DNA from: an uncultured Ruminococcus sp.
GTDB taxonomy: Bacteria; Bacillota; Clostridia; Oscillospirales; CAG-272
NCBI GenBank assembly: GCA_902779285.1
Contig: CACZAZ010000006.1
Span: forward strand, 7,705 to 71,704
Length of the DNA stretch: 64,000 nucleotides
Direction: 5' to 3'
Of the stretch, positions 42,425-51,227 are shown piece by piece. A program made the translations under genes and the position numbers. Position 1 is the first letter of the stretch. Every line of letters begins with the position of its first letter. Under the pieces are notes generated by a model. It was not told where the DNA came from, did not search any database, and worked only from the letters and a program-made list of their open reading frames with translations.

Positions 42425-42850
42425 TTACGAAAGCTCCGGATCCTCCGGCGCGGTCTCCTCTCCGGTCTCGGAAACGTCGACCGATTTGGGGGACACGATA
42501 AAGGTGGACGCCGCCACTCTGCGGATATTCCCGCCGATGCAGTAGGCGACCCCGCTGACAAAGTCCATGACCCGGCGGCTGACCTCCCGATCGGTCTTCT
42601 CCAGATTGAGAAAAACCGTCCGACCGGAGATCAGGTGATCCGCGATCTCCGACACGTCTCCGAAGACGGTCGGATAGATCACCTTGAGTTCCATATTGTT
42701 CCCGCCCAGATTGAGGGTGGTCCCGGGCGCCTTTTCGGGGATATCGACCGCCGACGGCTGAGACGTCTGCACCGGGGTCACGGCGGGCGCGTCGTAGTAT
42801 CCCGCGTATCCGTCCTTCGGATCGTTTTTCGCTTTTCTGAAGAAGCTCAT
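42425..42850 (-). CDS. sepF: cell division protein SepF
   Basis: C-terminal domain VIYPTVFGDVSEIADHLISGRTVFLNLEKTDREVSRRVMDFVSGVAY. Confidence 0.92.
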   Translation of the reverse strand: MSFFRKAKNDPKDGYAGYYDAPAVTPVQTSQPSAVDIPEKAPGTTLNLGGNNMELKVIYPTVFGDVSEIADHLISGRTVFLNLEKTDREVSRRVMDFVSGVAYCIGGNIRRVAASTFIVSPKSVDVSETGEETAPEDPELS

Positions 42851-42887
42851 GGCTCGTCCTTCCTTTATCGGTTTTTCGTTTCGGCTG

Positions 42888-43616
42888 TCAGTCGCGCCGG
42901 AACAGCGCCCGTCCCACCCGGACCATCGTGGCGCCCTCCCGGACGGCGGGCAGATAACTGTCGCTCATCCCCATCGAGAGGATCGGAGAATCGGTTTCAA
43001 AGAGCCCCCCGGCGGCAAACCGGTCGAACAGTTCCCGCGTCAGGGCGAAATAGGGGCGGCAGGCGTCCGGCTCCGGCGAGACCGGTCCCATGGTCATCAG
43101 CCCGCACAGGCGCACGCCGGGGACGGTCCGCGCAAACTCCGCGAGCTTGTCGGCGTCTTCGGGCAGCGCGCCGCCCTTGTCGGGTTCTCGCCCGCTGTTG
43201 ATCTCGATCAAAATATCCTGCCGCACGCCCCGCGCCTCCGCGATCCGTCCGATCTCTTTGATCAGTTTCTCGCTGTCCGCCGACTGGATCAGGGCGACCT
43301 TGCCGACCACGTACTTGACCTTGTTCAGCTGCAGGGAGCCGATCAGGTGCCATTCGGGATCGGGAAGACCCGCCTCGGAAAGCAGAGCGCAGCGCTCCTT
43401 CCACGCCTGCACCCGGTTCTCCGCCGCCGCGCCGGGGTACGCCCGCATCAGGGCGAGGAACTCGTCGGGCGAGGCGCTTTTGGTCACGGGGATCAGACGG
43501 GGCGTCGGCAGACCCGCCTCCTTCGCGGTCCCCGCAAGCGCGGCGAGCAGCGTTTTTACGTTGCGTTCGATATACGAAAATGTCTCCCCTTCGGGGGCGT
43601 TTGCAAGCTGTGACAT
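42888..43616 (-). CDS. yggS: YggS/YlmE family pyridoxal-phosphate homeostasis protein
   Basis: LIPVTKSASP (PLP Lys), WHLIGSLQLNKVKYV, LSMGMSDSY. Confidence 0.92.
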   Translation of the reverse strand: MSQLANAPEGETFSYIERNVKTLLAALAGTAKEAGLPTPRLIPVTKSASPDEFLALMRAYPGAAAENRVQAWKERCALLSEAGLPDPEWHLIGSLQLNKVKYVVGKVALIQSADSEKLIKEIGRIAEARGVRQDILIEINSGREPDKGGALPEDADKLAEFARTVPGVRLCGLMTMGPVSPEPDACRPYFALTRELFDRFAAGGLFETDSPILSMGMSDSYLPAVREGATMVRVGRALFRRD

Positions 43617-43667
43617 GGTATTCCTTCTTCCGGTCTCCCGTCGTGCGTAGATACGTTTCTCTACAAC

Positions 43668-43696
43668 ATTATAGCAAAGGTCGGATTTGATTGCAA
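43668..43696 (-). promoter_or_regulatory. sigma-A consensus promoter of the yggS-sepF operon
   Basis: On the minus strand: TTGCAA (43696-43691), 17-nt spacer, TATAAT (43673-43668). Confidence 0.7.
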
Positions 43697-43780
43697 GTTT
43701 TTTTCGAAAAAAGGGGCGGGAAGTCTCCGTCAGACTTCGACGGGAAATCCCGCCCGTTATGATTGTTCACAACTTTTCGC

Positions 43781-43809
43781 TTGACTTTTCACGCGGCGTC
43801 ATCTATACT
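43781..43809 (+). promoter_or_regulatory. sigma-A type promoter for 43889-45466
   Basis: TTGACT (43781-43786), 17-nt spacer, TATACT (43804-43809). Confidence 0.65.
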
Positions 43810-43888
43810 TATACTGTCTTTACTCTTTGTCACTCCACTCCTGCGGGCGCGCCCGGCGGGAGAATCCGAACGAAAAGAGACCGAAAAA

Positions 43889-45466
43889 ATGAACGTATGG
43901 AAACGTCTTCTTGCCGCCGCCCTGCTTCTTTCGGTTGCGGCGTCCCTCCTTGTCTCCTGCGGCAAGGACAAGAATAAGACCGAAGAGACCACGGCGGTTT
44001 CGACCGACGGGGACGCCACGGGCGATTTCGATCTGGTCTCGACGGCGGATCCGACCTTCGACTATTACCGCGCCGATCTGTCCGCTTACCTGACGCTCGC
44101 CGAGTCGGACTTCGACGGCGTCCGGGTCGCGCTCGATCTGGGCGAGAACGACGTGGACGATTATCTGAACGATTTTCTCCTGCCGTCCTACCGCACCCCG
44201 AATATGACGACCGATCAAGCCGTGAAGGACGGGGACAAGATCTACCTCTGGTACACCGGCTACGTCGACGACTTCCCCTTCGACGGCGGGAACAACCGGG
44301 ACGACGACGAGCCCCACGCGCTGAAGATCGGGGAGAGTGATCTGCCCTTCCCGGGGTTTGACGCCGCCTTGATCGGAAACGTCCCCGCGGATACCTCAAG
44401 CGAGTCGCCGCTGACCGTCAACGTCACCATCCCCGCCGACTATGAGGACGAACGGATCGCCGGAAAAGAAGCCCGCTTCAAAGTGGTGATCGAGGGGATC
44501 GTCGACGGAGACGGCACGGTGACCGACCGGGCTGTGCTGGACGGCGACACGGTCAAGATCCGGTACGTCGGGTACGTCGACGATTACGCCTTCTCCGGCG
44601 GGAGCAATATGGCGGAAGAGGACCCCTACGAACTGGTGATCGGGTCCGGCAGTTTCGTCGGCACGTTTGAAGAGCAGTTGATCGGCGTGATCCCGCAGGA
44701 TACCTCGAAAGATAACCTTCACACCATCACCGTCGCCTTCCCCGCCGAATACCGCAACACCGACCTCGCGGGCAAAGAGACCCGCTTCGACGTCGCGATC
44801 GCCGGGGTCTTCGACGGCACCTACACGATCCCCGAACTGACCGAGGACTTCATCAAAAACAAACTTCAGTTCGAGACGGAGGAAACCGACGTGATCGCCG
44901 CCTACCGCGCCGACGTCCTGAAGCAGATGCGCGAAAGCGCGGTCGCGGACCTCGAATCGCACAAGATCACCCGTACGCTGAAGACCCTGCGCGACTCGGT
45001 CGCCTTCGGTGAAACGCTCCCCGCGGGCGAAACGGAACTGTACGAGGGGCGCTGGCTGGAGATGATCGATTATTACTACGAGTATTACAACTATATGGCG
45101 GCGATCTACTACGGCTCCTCGTATTTCGAGGACCTGGACGACGCCGGACGCTGGTTCTTCGGTCTGGGGGCGGACGCCGACTGGAGAGCGTTTATGCACG
45201 AACAGGCGGAGGATATGGTGAAGGACAACCTGATCCTGAACTCGGTCGCGCGCCTTTACGGGGTCGTGATCTCGGAGGAGGACGCCAAGGAGTGGGTAAG
45301 AGAACAGGCGGAAAGCAACGAGGTCGACGCCGCGGCTGTCCTCGATCACTTCTCGCTCGAGGAGGTCTATTCGTCCTGCGCCGTGGAGAAAGCGCGCCGG
45401 ATCCTGCTCTCCCTCGCCGTGTACGAATACGGCGAACTCCCGATCGAAAACGTCACGGCAAACTGA
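43889..45466 (+). CDS. lipoprotein with two trigger-factor-type FKBP PPIase modules plus a trigger-factor C-terminal-like domain
   Basis: ATG at 43889. Lipobox LLVSC. Two copies of the TF PPIase signature (DGDKIYLWYTGYVDDFPFDGG...VNVTIPADYEDERIAGKEARFKVVIEGI and DGDTVKIRYVGYVDDYAFSGG...ITVAFPAEYRNTDLAGKETRFDVAIAGV). Confidence 0.8.
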   Translation: MNVWKRLLAAALLLSVAASLLVSCGKDKNKTEETTAVSTDGDATGDFDLVSTADPTFDYYRADLSAYLTLAESDFDGVRVALDLGENDVDDYLNDFLLPSYRTPNMTTDQAVKDGDKIYLWYTGYVDDFPFDGGNNRDDDEPHALKIGESDLPFPGFDAALIGNVPADTSSESPLTVNVTIPADYEDERIAGKEARFKVVIEGIVDGDGTVTDRAVLDGDTVKIRYVGYVDDYAFSGGSNMAEEDPYELVIGSGSFVGTFEEQLIGVIPQDTSKDNLHTITVAFPAEYRNTDLAGKETRFDVAIAGVFDGTYTIPELTEDFIKNKLQFETEETDVIAAYRADVLKQMRESAVADLESHKITRTLKTLRDSVAFGETLPAGETELYEGRWLEMIDYYYEYYNYMAAIYYGSSYFEDLDDAGRWFFGLGADADWRAFMHEQAEDMVKDNLILNSVARLYGVVISEEDAKEWVREQAESNEVDAAAVLDHFSLEEVYSSCAVEKARRILLSLAVYEYGELPIENVTAN

Positions 45467-45494
45467 TCAAAACCGACAGAAGGAGATCCTCATA

Positions 45495-46712
45495 ATGAAA
45501 CGAATCGTTGCCCTCGTCCTGCTTCTCGCTCTTTCCCTCTCCGTATTTGCGGCGTGCGGGAAAAAGAAAAAGGCGAATTTCGACCTTGAATCCACGGCGG
45601 ACGCCGCGTTCGACTACTATCACGCCGATCTCTCGGCGTACCTCTCGATCAGCCGGGAGGACTACGCGGATCTCACCGTCGCGCTCGACGTCACCGACGC
45701 GGAGGTCGACGAATATCTGAACGACCATCTGCTCCCGTCCTACCGCACCCCGAACCTGACGACCGATCAAGCCGTGAAGGACGGGGACACCGTCTATATC
45801 CGCTACACGGGCTATATCGACGGGGTCGCGTTCGAGGGCGGCAGCAACGCCGACGCCGACCGCGCCTCCGCTCTTAAGATCGGCTCGGGCTCTTTCATCG
45901 ACACCTTCGAGACCCAGCTGATCGGCGTGATCCCGAACCAAACTTCGTGGGAGAGCCCGAAGGTCGTCAACGTCACCTTCCCCGCGGATTACAAGAACGC
46001 CGACCTCGCCGGCAAAGCGGCGAAGTTCGACGTCGTGATCGAGGGGATCTTCGACGGCACCTACACCGTCCCCGAACTGACCCCCGAATTCGCCCGCAAC
46101 ATCAACAACTTCACCCCGGAAACCGACGATCCCGTGTCCGAGTTCAAACTCGCTCTGAAAGATTGGATGCGCGAAGGCAAAGCCGCGTCTCTCGAATCGC
46201 GCAAGTTCAGCTGCCTGATGGACAAACTGCTTGCGACGGTCAGTTTCACGGGCAAGTTCCCCGAGGGGGAGATCAAGCGGCTCGAGAATATCATGAACGA
46301 TACCGTAATGGGCTACTATCAGCAGGCGAACTTCTATTACTATATGCAGTACGGGATCGTCTACTACGACTCGGCGGATTCCGCCGCCCGCGACTACTAC
46401 AGTCTCCGCTTCGACGCCGATTGGGAGACCTACCAGACCGTCGCCTCCGCGAAGGTCGTGAAACAGATGCTGGTCCTGAACGCGATCGCGCAGATCGAGG
46501 GGATCACGGTCTCGGAGGACGAGGTCAAGGATTGGGTCATAGCGGAGGTCGAATCGCAGAACGGATCCAAGCAGGACAAAGACGCCACCCCGGAGAGCGT
46601 CCTCGCGGAGCATTCGCTTGAGGAGATCTACGCGGAGGTCGCGGCGAAAAAGGCGCGGGATTATTTGATGGATAAGGTCACCTTCGACGCGACCGGGCTG
46701 CCGGCAGACTGA
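45495..46712 (+). CDS. lipoprotein with one trigger-factor-type FKBP PPIase module plus a trigger-factor C-terminal-like domain
   Basis: Lipobox VFAAC. DGDTVYIRYTGYIDGVAFEGG...VNVTFPADYKNADLAGKAAKFDVVIEGI closely resembles the E. coli trigger factor PPIase segment as I recall it. Paralog of 43889-45466. Confidence 0.8.
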   Translation: MKRIVALVLLLALSLSVFAACGKKKKANFDLESTADAAFDYYHADLSAYLSISREDYADLTVALDVTDAEVDEYLNDHLLPSYRTPNLTTDQAVKDGDTVYIRYTGYIDGVAFEGGSNADADRASALKIGSGSFIDTFETQLIGVIPNQTSWESPKVVNVTFPADYKNADLAGKAAKFDVVIEGIFDGTYTVPELTPEFARNINNFTPETDDPVSEFKLALKDWMREGKAASLESRKFSCLMDKLLATVSFTGKFPEGEIKRLENIMNDTVMGYYQQANFYYYMQYGIVYYDSADSAARDYYSLRFDADWETYQTVASAKVVKQMLVLNAIAQIEGITVSEDEVKDWVIAEVESQNGSKQDKDATPESVLAEHSLEEIYAEVAAKKARDYLMDKVTFDATGLPAD

Positions 46713-46740
46713 CAAGGGACGTTCAGAAAGAGAGAATACT

Positions 46741-48117
46741 ATGGCAGACAAAATGTGGGCGGGACGCTTCACGGGCGAACTCGACGCCGCCGCCGACGAT
46801 TTCAACTCGTCGCTTTCCGTGGACAGCCGGATGTACGAAGCCGATATCCGCGGCTCGATGGCGCACGCCGCCATGCTCGGACAGCAGGGGATCATTTCGC
46901 GCGAAGACGCGGCTTCCCTGATCGACGGGCTGGGCGAGATCCTTGCCGACCTGAAAGAGGGGCGGCTCGATTTCTCGGCGGGCGGCGAGGACGTGCATAT
47001 GTTCGTCGAGGCGGAACTCACCAAACGGCTCGGAGACGTCGGACGGCGGCTGCACACCGCGCGGAGCCGGAACGATCAGGTCGCGCTCGACGTGCGGCTG
47101 CATCTGCGCTCCCGGGGGATGGAGATCCTCGATCAGTTGAAGACCCTGCTCTCGACGCTTGCCGATCTCGCGGAGGAACACGCCGATACCGTGATGCCGG
47201 GTTATACCCATCTGCAAAGGGCGCAGCCCGTCACCTACGGGCATTATCTGATGGCGTACGCCATGATGTTCCAGCGGGATATGGAGCGCTTTATCGACGC
47301 CATGACCCGGATGAACGTCTCTCCGCTCGGGTCCTGCGCGCTCGCCGGGACCACCTACCCGACCGATCGGGGGGCGGTCGCCAAAAAACTCGGTATGGAC
47401 GGCGTGACCGCCAACAGTCTGGACGGCGTTTCCGACCGCGATTTCGCGATCGAACTCGCCTCCGCGAGTGCGATCTCGATGATGCATCTCTCCCGGTTTT
47501 CGGAGGAGGTCGTTCTGTTCTCGTCGTGGGAATTCAAGTTCCTGGAACTCGACGACGCGTACAGCACCGGCTCCAGCATTATGCCGCAGAAGAAGAATCC
47601 CGATATGGCGGAACTTATCCGCGGCAAGACCGGGCGGGCGTACGGCGACCTGATCGCGCTGCTGACGATCATGAAGGGGCTGCCGCTCGCGTACAACAAG
47701 GATATGCAGGAGGATAAAGAGGCGATCTTCGACGCTTTGGACACCCTCTCGAAGTGCCTCTCGATCTTCCCGCCGATGCTGAAAACGGCGAAGGTACGGA
47801 AGGACAATATGCGCGCCGCCGCCGCCAAGGGATTCATCAACGCGACCGACTGCGCCGATTATCTCACGGCGAAGGGTATGGCGTTCCGCACGGCGTACAA
47901 GATCACGGGGCAGCTGGTCGCCCGGTGCATTGCGGACGGCTGCGAACTCGAGACGCTGCCGCTGAACGTCTACCGCGAGTATTCCGACCTCTTCGACGAG
48001 GGGATCTACGACGCGATCGACCTCGACCGCTGCGTGACCCGCCGCACCAGCGAGGGCGGCACCTCGCCGGAATCGGTCAAGAAGCAGGTCAAACTGATCC
48101 GCGACTTTATTTTGTGA
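46741..48117 (+). CDS. argH: argininosuccinate lyase
   Basis: MWAGRF start, TARSRNDQV, GYTHLQRAQP, and the SSIMPQKKNPD signature. Confidence 0.96.
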   Translation: MADKMWAGRFTGELDAAADDFNSSLSVDSRMYEADIRGSMAHAAMLGQQGIISREDAASLIDGLGEILADLKEGRLDFSAGGEDVHMFVEAELTKRLGDVGRRLHTARSRNDQVALDVRLHLRSRGMEILDQLKTLLSTLADLAEEHADTVMPGYTHLQRAQPVTYGHYLMAYAMMFQRDMERFIDAMTRMNVSPLGSCALAGTTYPTDRGAVAKKLGMDGVTANSLDGVSDRDFAIELASASAISMMHLSRFSEEVVLFSSWEFKFLELDDAYSTGSSIMPQKKNPDMAELIRGKTGRAYGDLIALLTIMKGLPLAYNKDMQEDKEAIFDALDTLSKCLSIFPPMLKTAKVRKDNMRAAAAKGFINATDCADYLTAKGMAFRTAYKITGQLVARCIADGCELETLPLNVYREYSDLFDEGIYDAIDLDRCVTRRTSEGGTSPESVKKQVKLIRDFIL

Positions 48118-48139
48118 CGATTCTTTTCTCCCGAATAAC

Positions 48140-48176
48140 CTTCGGACGACGGATATTCCGTCGTCCGAAGTTTTTT
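48140..48176 (+). terminator. rho-independent terminator
   Basis: CTTCGGACGACGG, loop atatt, CCGTCGTCCGAAG, then TTTTTT. Confidence 0.9.
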
Positions 48177-48211
48177 GTTGAGATAAAGAGGACCCGCGCG
48201 CGATACGTCGT

Positions 48212-48745
48212 TTATTCGTTTCCGGATCGCTGTTTCAGTTCGTTTTTCCACTCTTCTTCGAGTTTTCGCGGGACTTTTGCCGTCGGGTATCCTGTGTCGC
48301 GATCAAGACCGAAACGGTTTCCGTCGTAGAGGAAGAACAGGTACTTCGCTTCCTCAAGCGAGATGCGATCCGGTTTCTTTTCGCTTCTTGCGAAGGCGAC
48401 GAACGACGGCTTTGCGTTTTTGATTTCCCCTTCGGTTTCGGATTCGAAGTAACCCGTCGTGCTGATGCGGAGCCGATCCTTTCCGACCATCCGATACTCG
48501 GTGACGAGAAGGTTTTCGGGAACGCGGGCTTCCCGCTCGGCGTACCGCCGCCACACGACGCACTCCGCCGTTTCAATTTCGATTTTTCGATCCGTGATCT
48601 CGATCCTGCCGGGATGCCGAACGATACACTCTTTTTCCCCCGCAAACAGAAACCGGACCTCGTCGTCCGCGATCGTCACGCGGGTCGGCGCAAGGACGCC
48701 ACCCACCTCTTCGCTGTAACAGTACGCTGCAAGAAAATCAAACAT
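48212..48745 (-). CDS. hypothetical cytoplasmic protein (177 aa)
   Basis: GAGGA RBS. No TM helix. No family recognised. No convincing terminator or promoter separates it from the XRE-S24 gene upstream. Confidence 0.65.
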   Translation of the reverse strand: MFDFLAAYCYSEEVGGVLAPTRVTIADDEVRFLFAGEKECIVRHPGRIEITDRKIEIETAECVVWRRYAEREARVPENLLVTEYRMVGKDRLRISTTGYFESETEGEIKNAKPSFVAFARSEKKPDRISLEEAKYLFFLYDGNRFGLDRDTGYPTAKVPRKLEEEWKNELKQRSGNE

Positions 48746-48830
48746 CTTTTTTCCTCAAAAAAGCAACCCACGGGTGCGCGGTACGCGCGGATTACGTGCC
48801 GCCCTGCGAGCTGATTCGAAACGGGTATAA

Positions 48831-49454
48831 TCAGTGTAATCTACTCTGGAACGCAACCGCCTTGCCGAGTATCTGTATGCGATCGAGTTCCGCCCCGATA
48901 TAGACCAGCGGCTCGTACCGGGGGTTTTCGGGCGTGAGGATCAATTTTTGCTTGTCGGGGTAATAGTAGACCCGCTTCAGGGTCGCTTCCCCCTCGACCA
49001 CGACCGCGGCGATCTCGCCGTTGTCGACCGACTCCTGCTTCTTCACCAGCACCAGATCCCCGTCGTTGATCCGTGCGCCGATCATACTGTCCCCGCAGGC
49101 GCGAAGGCAGAAATCGACGTCCAGTTTCTCGTCGACCGCAAGATAGGTGCCGTATTCCTCCTCGGCGTAGATGGGCGTGCCGCAGGCGATCTTCCCGAGC
49201 ATCGGGACCCGCCGCACCCGGATCGGGAACAGTTTGCCCTCCGCGTCCGGGCTCTCCTCCCACCCGACCAGCGCCGCCGGGGTCGTGCCGAGCGCCGCCG
49301 CCAGCCGTTCGATCTTCTCCTGCGGGATGTTCGCGATCTGCCCGCTCTCGTAGCGCTGGATGGTCTGCTTGCTCGTGCCGACCGCCGCCGCCACGTCCTC
49401 CAGCGTCATTTTCAGCGCTTTGCGCCGCGTTTTCACGTTTTGTCCGAGTCCCAT
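48831..49454 (-). CDS. XRE-type HTH fused to an S24 LexA-like peptidase domain (CI-like repressor)
   Basis: ATG at 49454. HTH MTLEDVAAAVGTSKQTIQRYESG. S24 motifs ACGDSMIGARINDGD (Ser) and ATLKRVYY (Lys). Confidence 0.88.
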   Translation of the reverse strand: MGLGQNVKTRRKALKMTLEDVAAAVGTSKQTIQRYESGQIANIPQEKIERLAAALGTTPAALVGWEESPDAEGKLFPIRVRRVPMLGKIACGTPIYAEEEYGTYLAVDEKLDVDFCLRACGDSMIGARINDGDLVLVKKQESVDNGEIAAVVVEGEATLKRVYYYPDKQKLILTPENPRYEPLVYIGAELDRIQILGKAVAFQSRLH

Positions 49455-49492
49455 TTTGTCTTTCCGCCCCCTTTTCGTTCTCTTTCCTCTCC

Positions 49493-49521
49493 ATTCTACC
49501 ACAAAAGCACGCGATATGCAA
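49493..49521 (-). promoter_or_regulatory. sigma-A type promoter of the XRE-S24 gene
   Basis: On the minus strand: TTGCAT (49521-49516), 17-nt spacer, TAGAAT (49498-49493). Confidence 0.65.
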
Positions 49522-49667
49522 CCCCTTTTTCGAAAAAAGTCACTCGTTACGCAACTTTTTGTAAAAGGAAAACCCGCCGGGCGGGATCCCGGCGGGAAAA
49601 GCGAGGAGTACGGGCGTTCGTTCCGACCGTCCGGCGGGGACGGCAGGGTCGCCCGAAGGGTAAACTG

Positions 49668-50936
49668 TCAGAGCAGCCGTTCGATCGCCGCGAGCCGCGC
49701 CGCGACGGTCAAAATCGAAGCCGCGGTCGCAAGGTCCCCGATCGTGCAACAGGTCGGCGCGAGCCGGAGGTTGCGGTCGCGGGGGTCCTTTCCGTAGGGG
49801 AAGGTCGCGCCCGCCGGGGTCAGGGTCACGCCCGCGTCCTTGGCGAGTTCGTAGGTGCGCTTGGCGCAGTTGTCGGAAAGATCAAGACTGACGAAATAGC
49901 CGCCCTTCGGATGGGTCCACTCCGCGATGCCGAGCCCGCCGAGGTCGCGCTCGAGCGTTTCATCGAGGACGCGGAACTTCCCTTTGAGCAGGGCTTTGTG
50001 GCGCTTCATCTGTTCTTTCACGCCGTCGGTATCTTTTAAGAACTTCAGATGGCGGAGTTGATTCAGTTTGTCGTAGCCGATGGTCTCGACGGCAAGATAC
50101 TTCTTCGCCAGTTCGAGATTCGCCGGGCTCGCCGCCATCATCGAAACGCCGGCGCCGGGGAACGTGATCTTCGACGTGGAGGTAAAGCAGATAAACCGAT
50201 TCTCGGCGCCGTATTCTTTGGCGAGGTCGAAGATATTCGGAAGTTCGTCGCCCGTATCGCAGAGATCGTGGACGGCGTAGGCGTTGTCCCACATCACGGT
50301 AAAGTCGGGCGCCCCGGTCTTCATCGCGGCAAGACGGCGGCAGGTGGTTTCCGAGTAGGTGATCCCGGTGGGGTTTGCGTATTTCGGCACGCACCACATC
50401 CCCTTGACCGCGGGATCCTTCACCAGTTCTTCGACCCGGTCCATATCGGGTCCTTCGGGGGTCATATCGACGGGGATCAGTTTGAAGCCCATCTTCTCGG
50501 TCACGGCGAAATGGCGGTCGTAACCCGGCGCGGGGCAGAGCCACTTGCGGTCGGACTCGCTCCCCCACGGGGCGGGCGAATCGGCAAGACCGAACAGCAT
50601 CCCGCGCGCGATCGTCCCGTACATCAGGGCAAGACTCGAGTTCCCGCCGATGACGATCTGATCCGCCGGGATCCCGAGCAGATCACCGAAGAAACGGCGC
50701 ATGGAGGGCAGCCCCCAGGGACAGCCGTAGTTCCGGCAGTCAAAGCCGTCGACGACGCAATCCGACGCGTCAAGGGGCGCGTTCAGAAGATCCATCGAAA
50801 GATCGAGCTGATCCGCCGCCGGTTTCCCGCGCGAAAGATCGAGTTTCAGACCCCGGCTCCTGTACGCTTCGTATTCCCCGGACAGACGCTCGCGCTCCTT
50901 CAGCAATTCGTCGCGGTCCATTTCGCTGTAACGCAT
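49668..50936 (-). CDS. class I/II-fold PLP-dependent aminotransferase (aspartate-aminotransferase-like, ~420-aa type)
   Basis: 422 aa. LDLSRGKPAADQLDL start region and STSKITFPGAGV PLP-lysine region. Confidence 0.8.
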   Translation of the reverse strand: MRYSEMDRDELLKERERLSGEYEAYRSRGLKLDLSRGKPAADQLDLSMDLLNAPLDASDCVVDGFDCRNYGCPWGLPSMRRFFGDLLGIPADQIVIGGNSSLALMYGTIARGMLFGLADSPAPWGSESDRKWLCPAPGYDRHFAVTEKMGFKLIPVDMTPEGPDMDRVEELVKDPAVKGMWCVPKYANPTGITYSETTCRRLAAMKTGAPDFTVMWDNAYAVHDLCDTGDELPNIFDLAKEYGAENRFICFTSTSKITFPGAGVSMMAASPANLELAKKYLAVETIGYDKLNQLRHLKFLKDTDGVKEQMKRHKALLKGKFRVLDETLERDLGGLGIAEWTHPKGGYFVSLDLSDNCAKRTYELAKDAGVTLTPAGATFPYGKDPRDRNLRLAPTCCTIGDLATAASILTVAARLAAIERLL

Positions 50937-51002
50937 GCCAAACTCCTCTGTTTTGCATTTTTCATCCCACCAACTTGCAGAATGAACGGTTAGACTTTCT
51001 GT

Positions 51003-51031
51003 ATTATACTATCTTTTGCAAGTTTTTGCAA
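51003..51031 (-). promoter_or_regulatory. sigma-A consensus promoter of the aminotransferase gene
   Basis: On the minus strand: TTGCAA (51031-51026, palindromic), 17-nt spacer, TATAAT (51008-51003). Confidence 0.65.
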
Positions 51032-51163
51032 CCGTTTTTGCAAAAATAAACGAAAACGGCGGCGTTTTTCTCCGTTTTGCGAAAAAAAGCGGCGTTCACG
51101 CCCCCCGTTTCGGTCAATTCGCCCTGTTTTCCCCGCGCGGAGAAGAAAAAATGCGCCCCCGTC

Positions 51164-51192
51164 TTGCAAAACCGGGGACTCCGTGCTATAAT
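51164..51192 (+). promoter_or_regulatory. sigma-A consensus promoter of lexA
   Basis: TTGCAA (51164-51169), 17-nt spacer, TATAAT (51187-51192). Confidence 0.7.
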
Positions 51193-51227
51193 GAAAATGA
51201 AAAATCCTTCACGATAGGAGGTATCGG

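Noticed and set aside
49608-49619. LexA (Cheo-type) box candidate GTACgggcGTTC, which reads GAAC-N4-GTAC on the minus strand.
   Set aside because: It has one mismatch to GAAC-N4-GTTC. It lies between the aminotransferase stop and its terminator, upstream of the terminator rather than at the XRE-S24 promoter. No comparable box was seen at the lexA or recA promoters, so it is probably chance.
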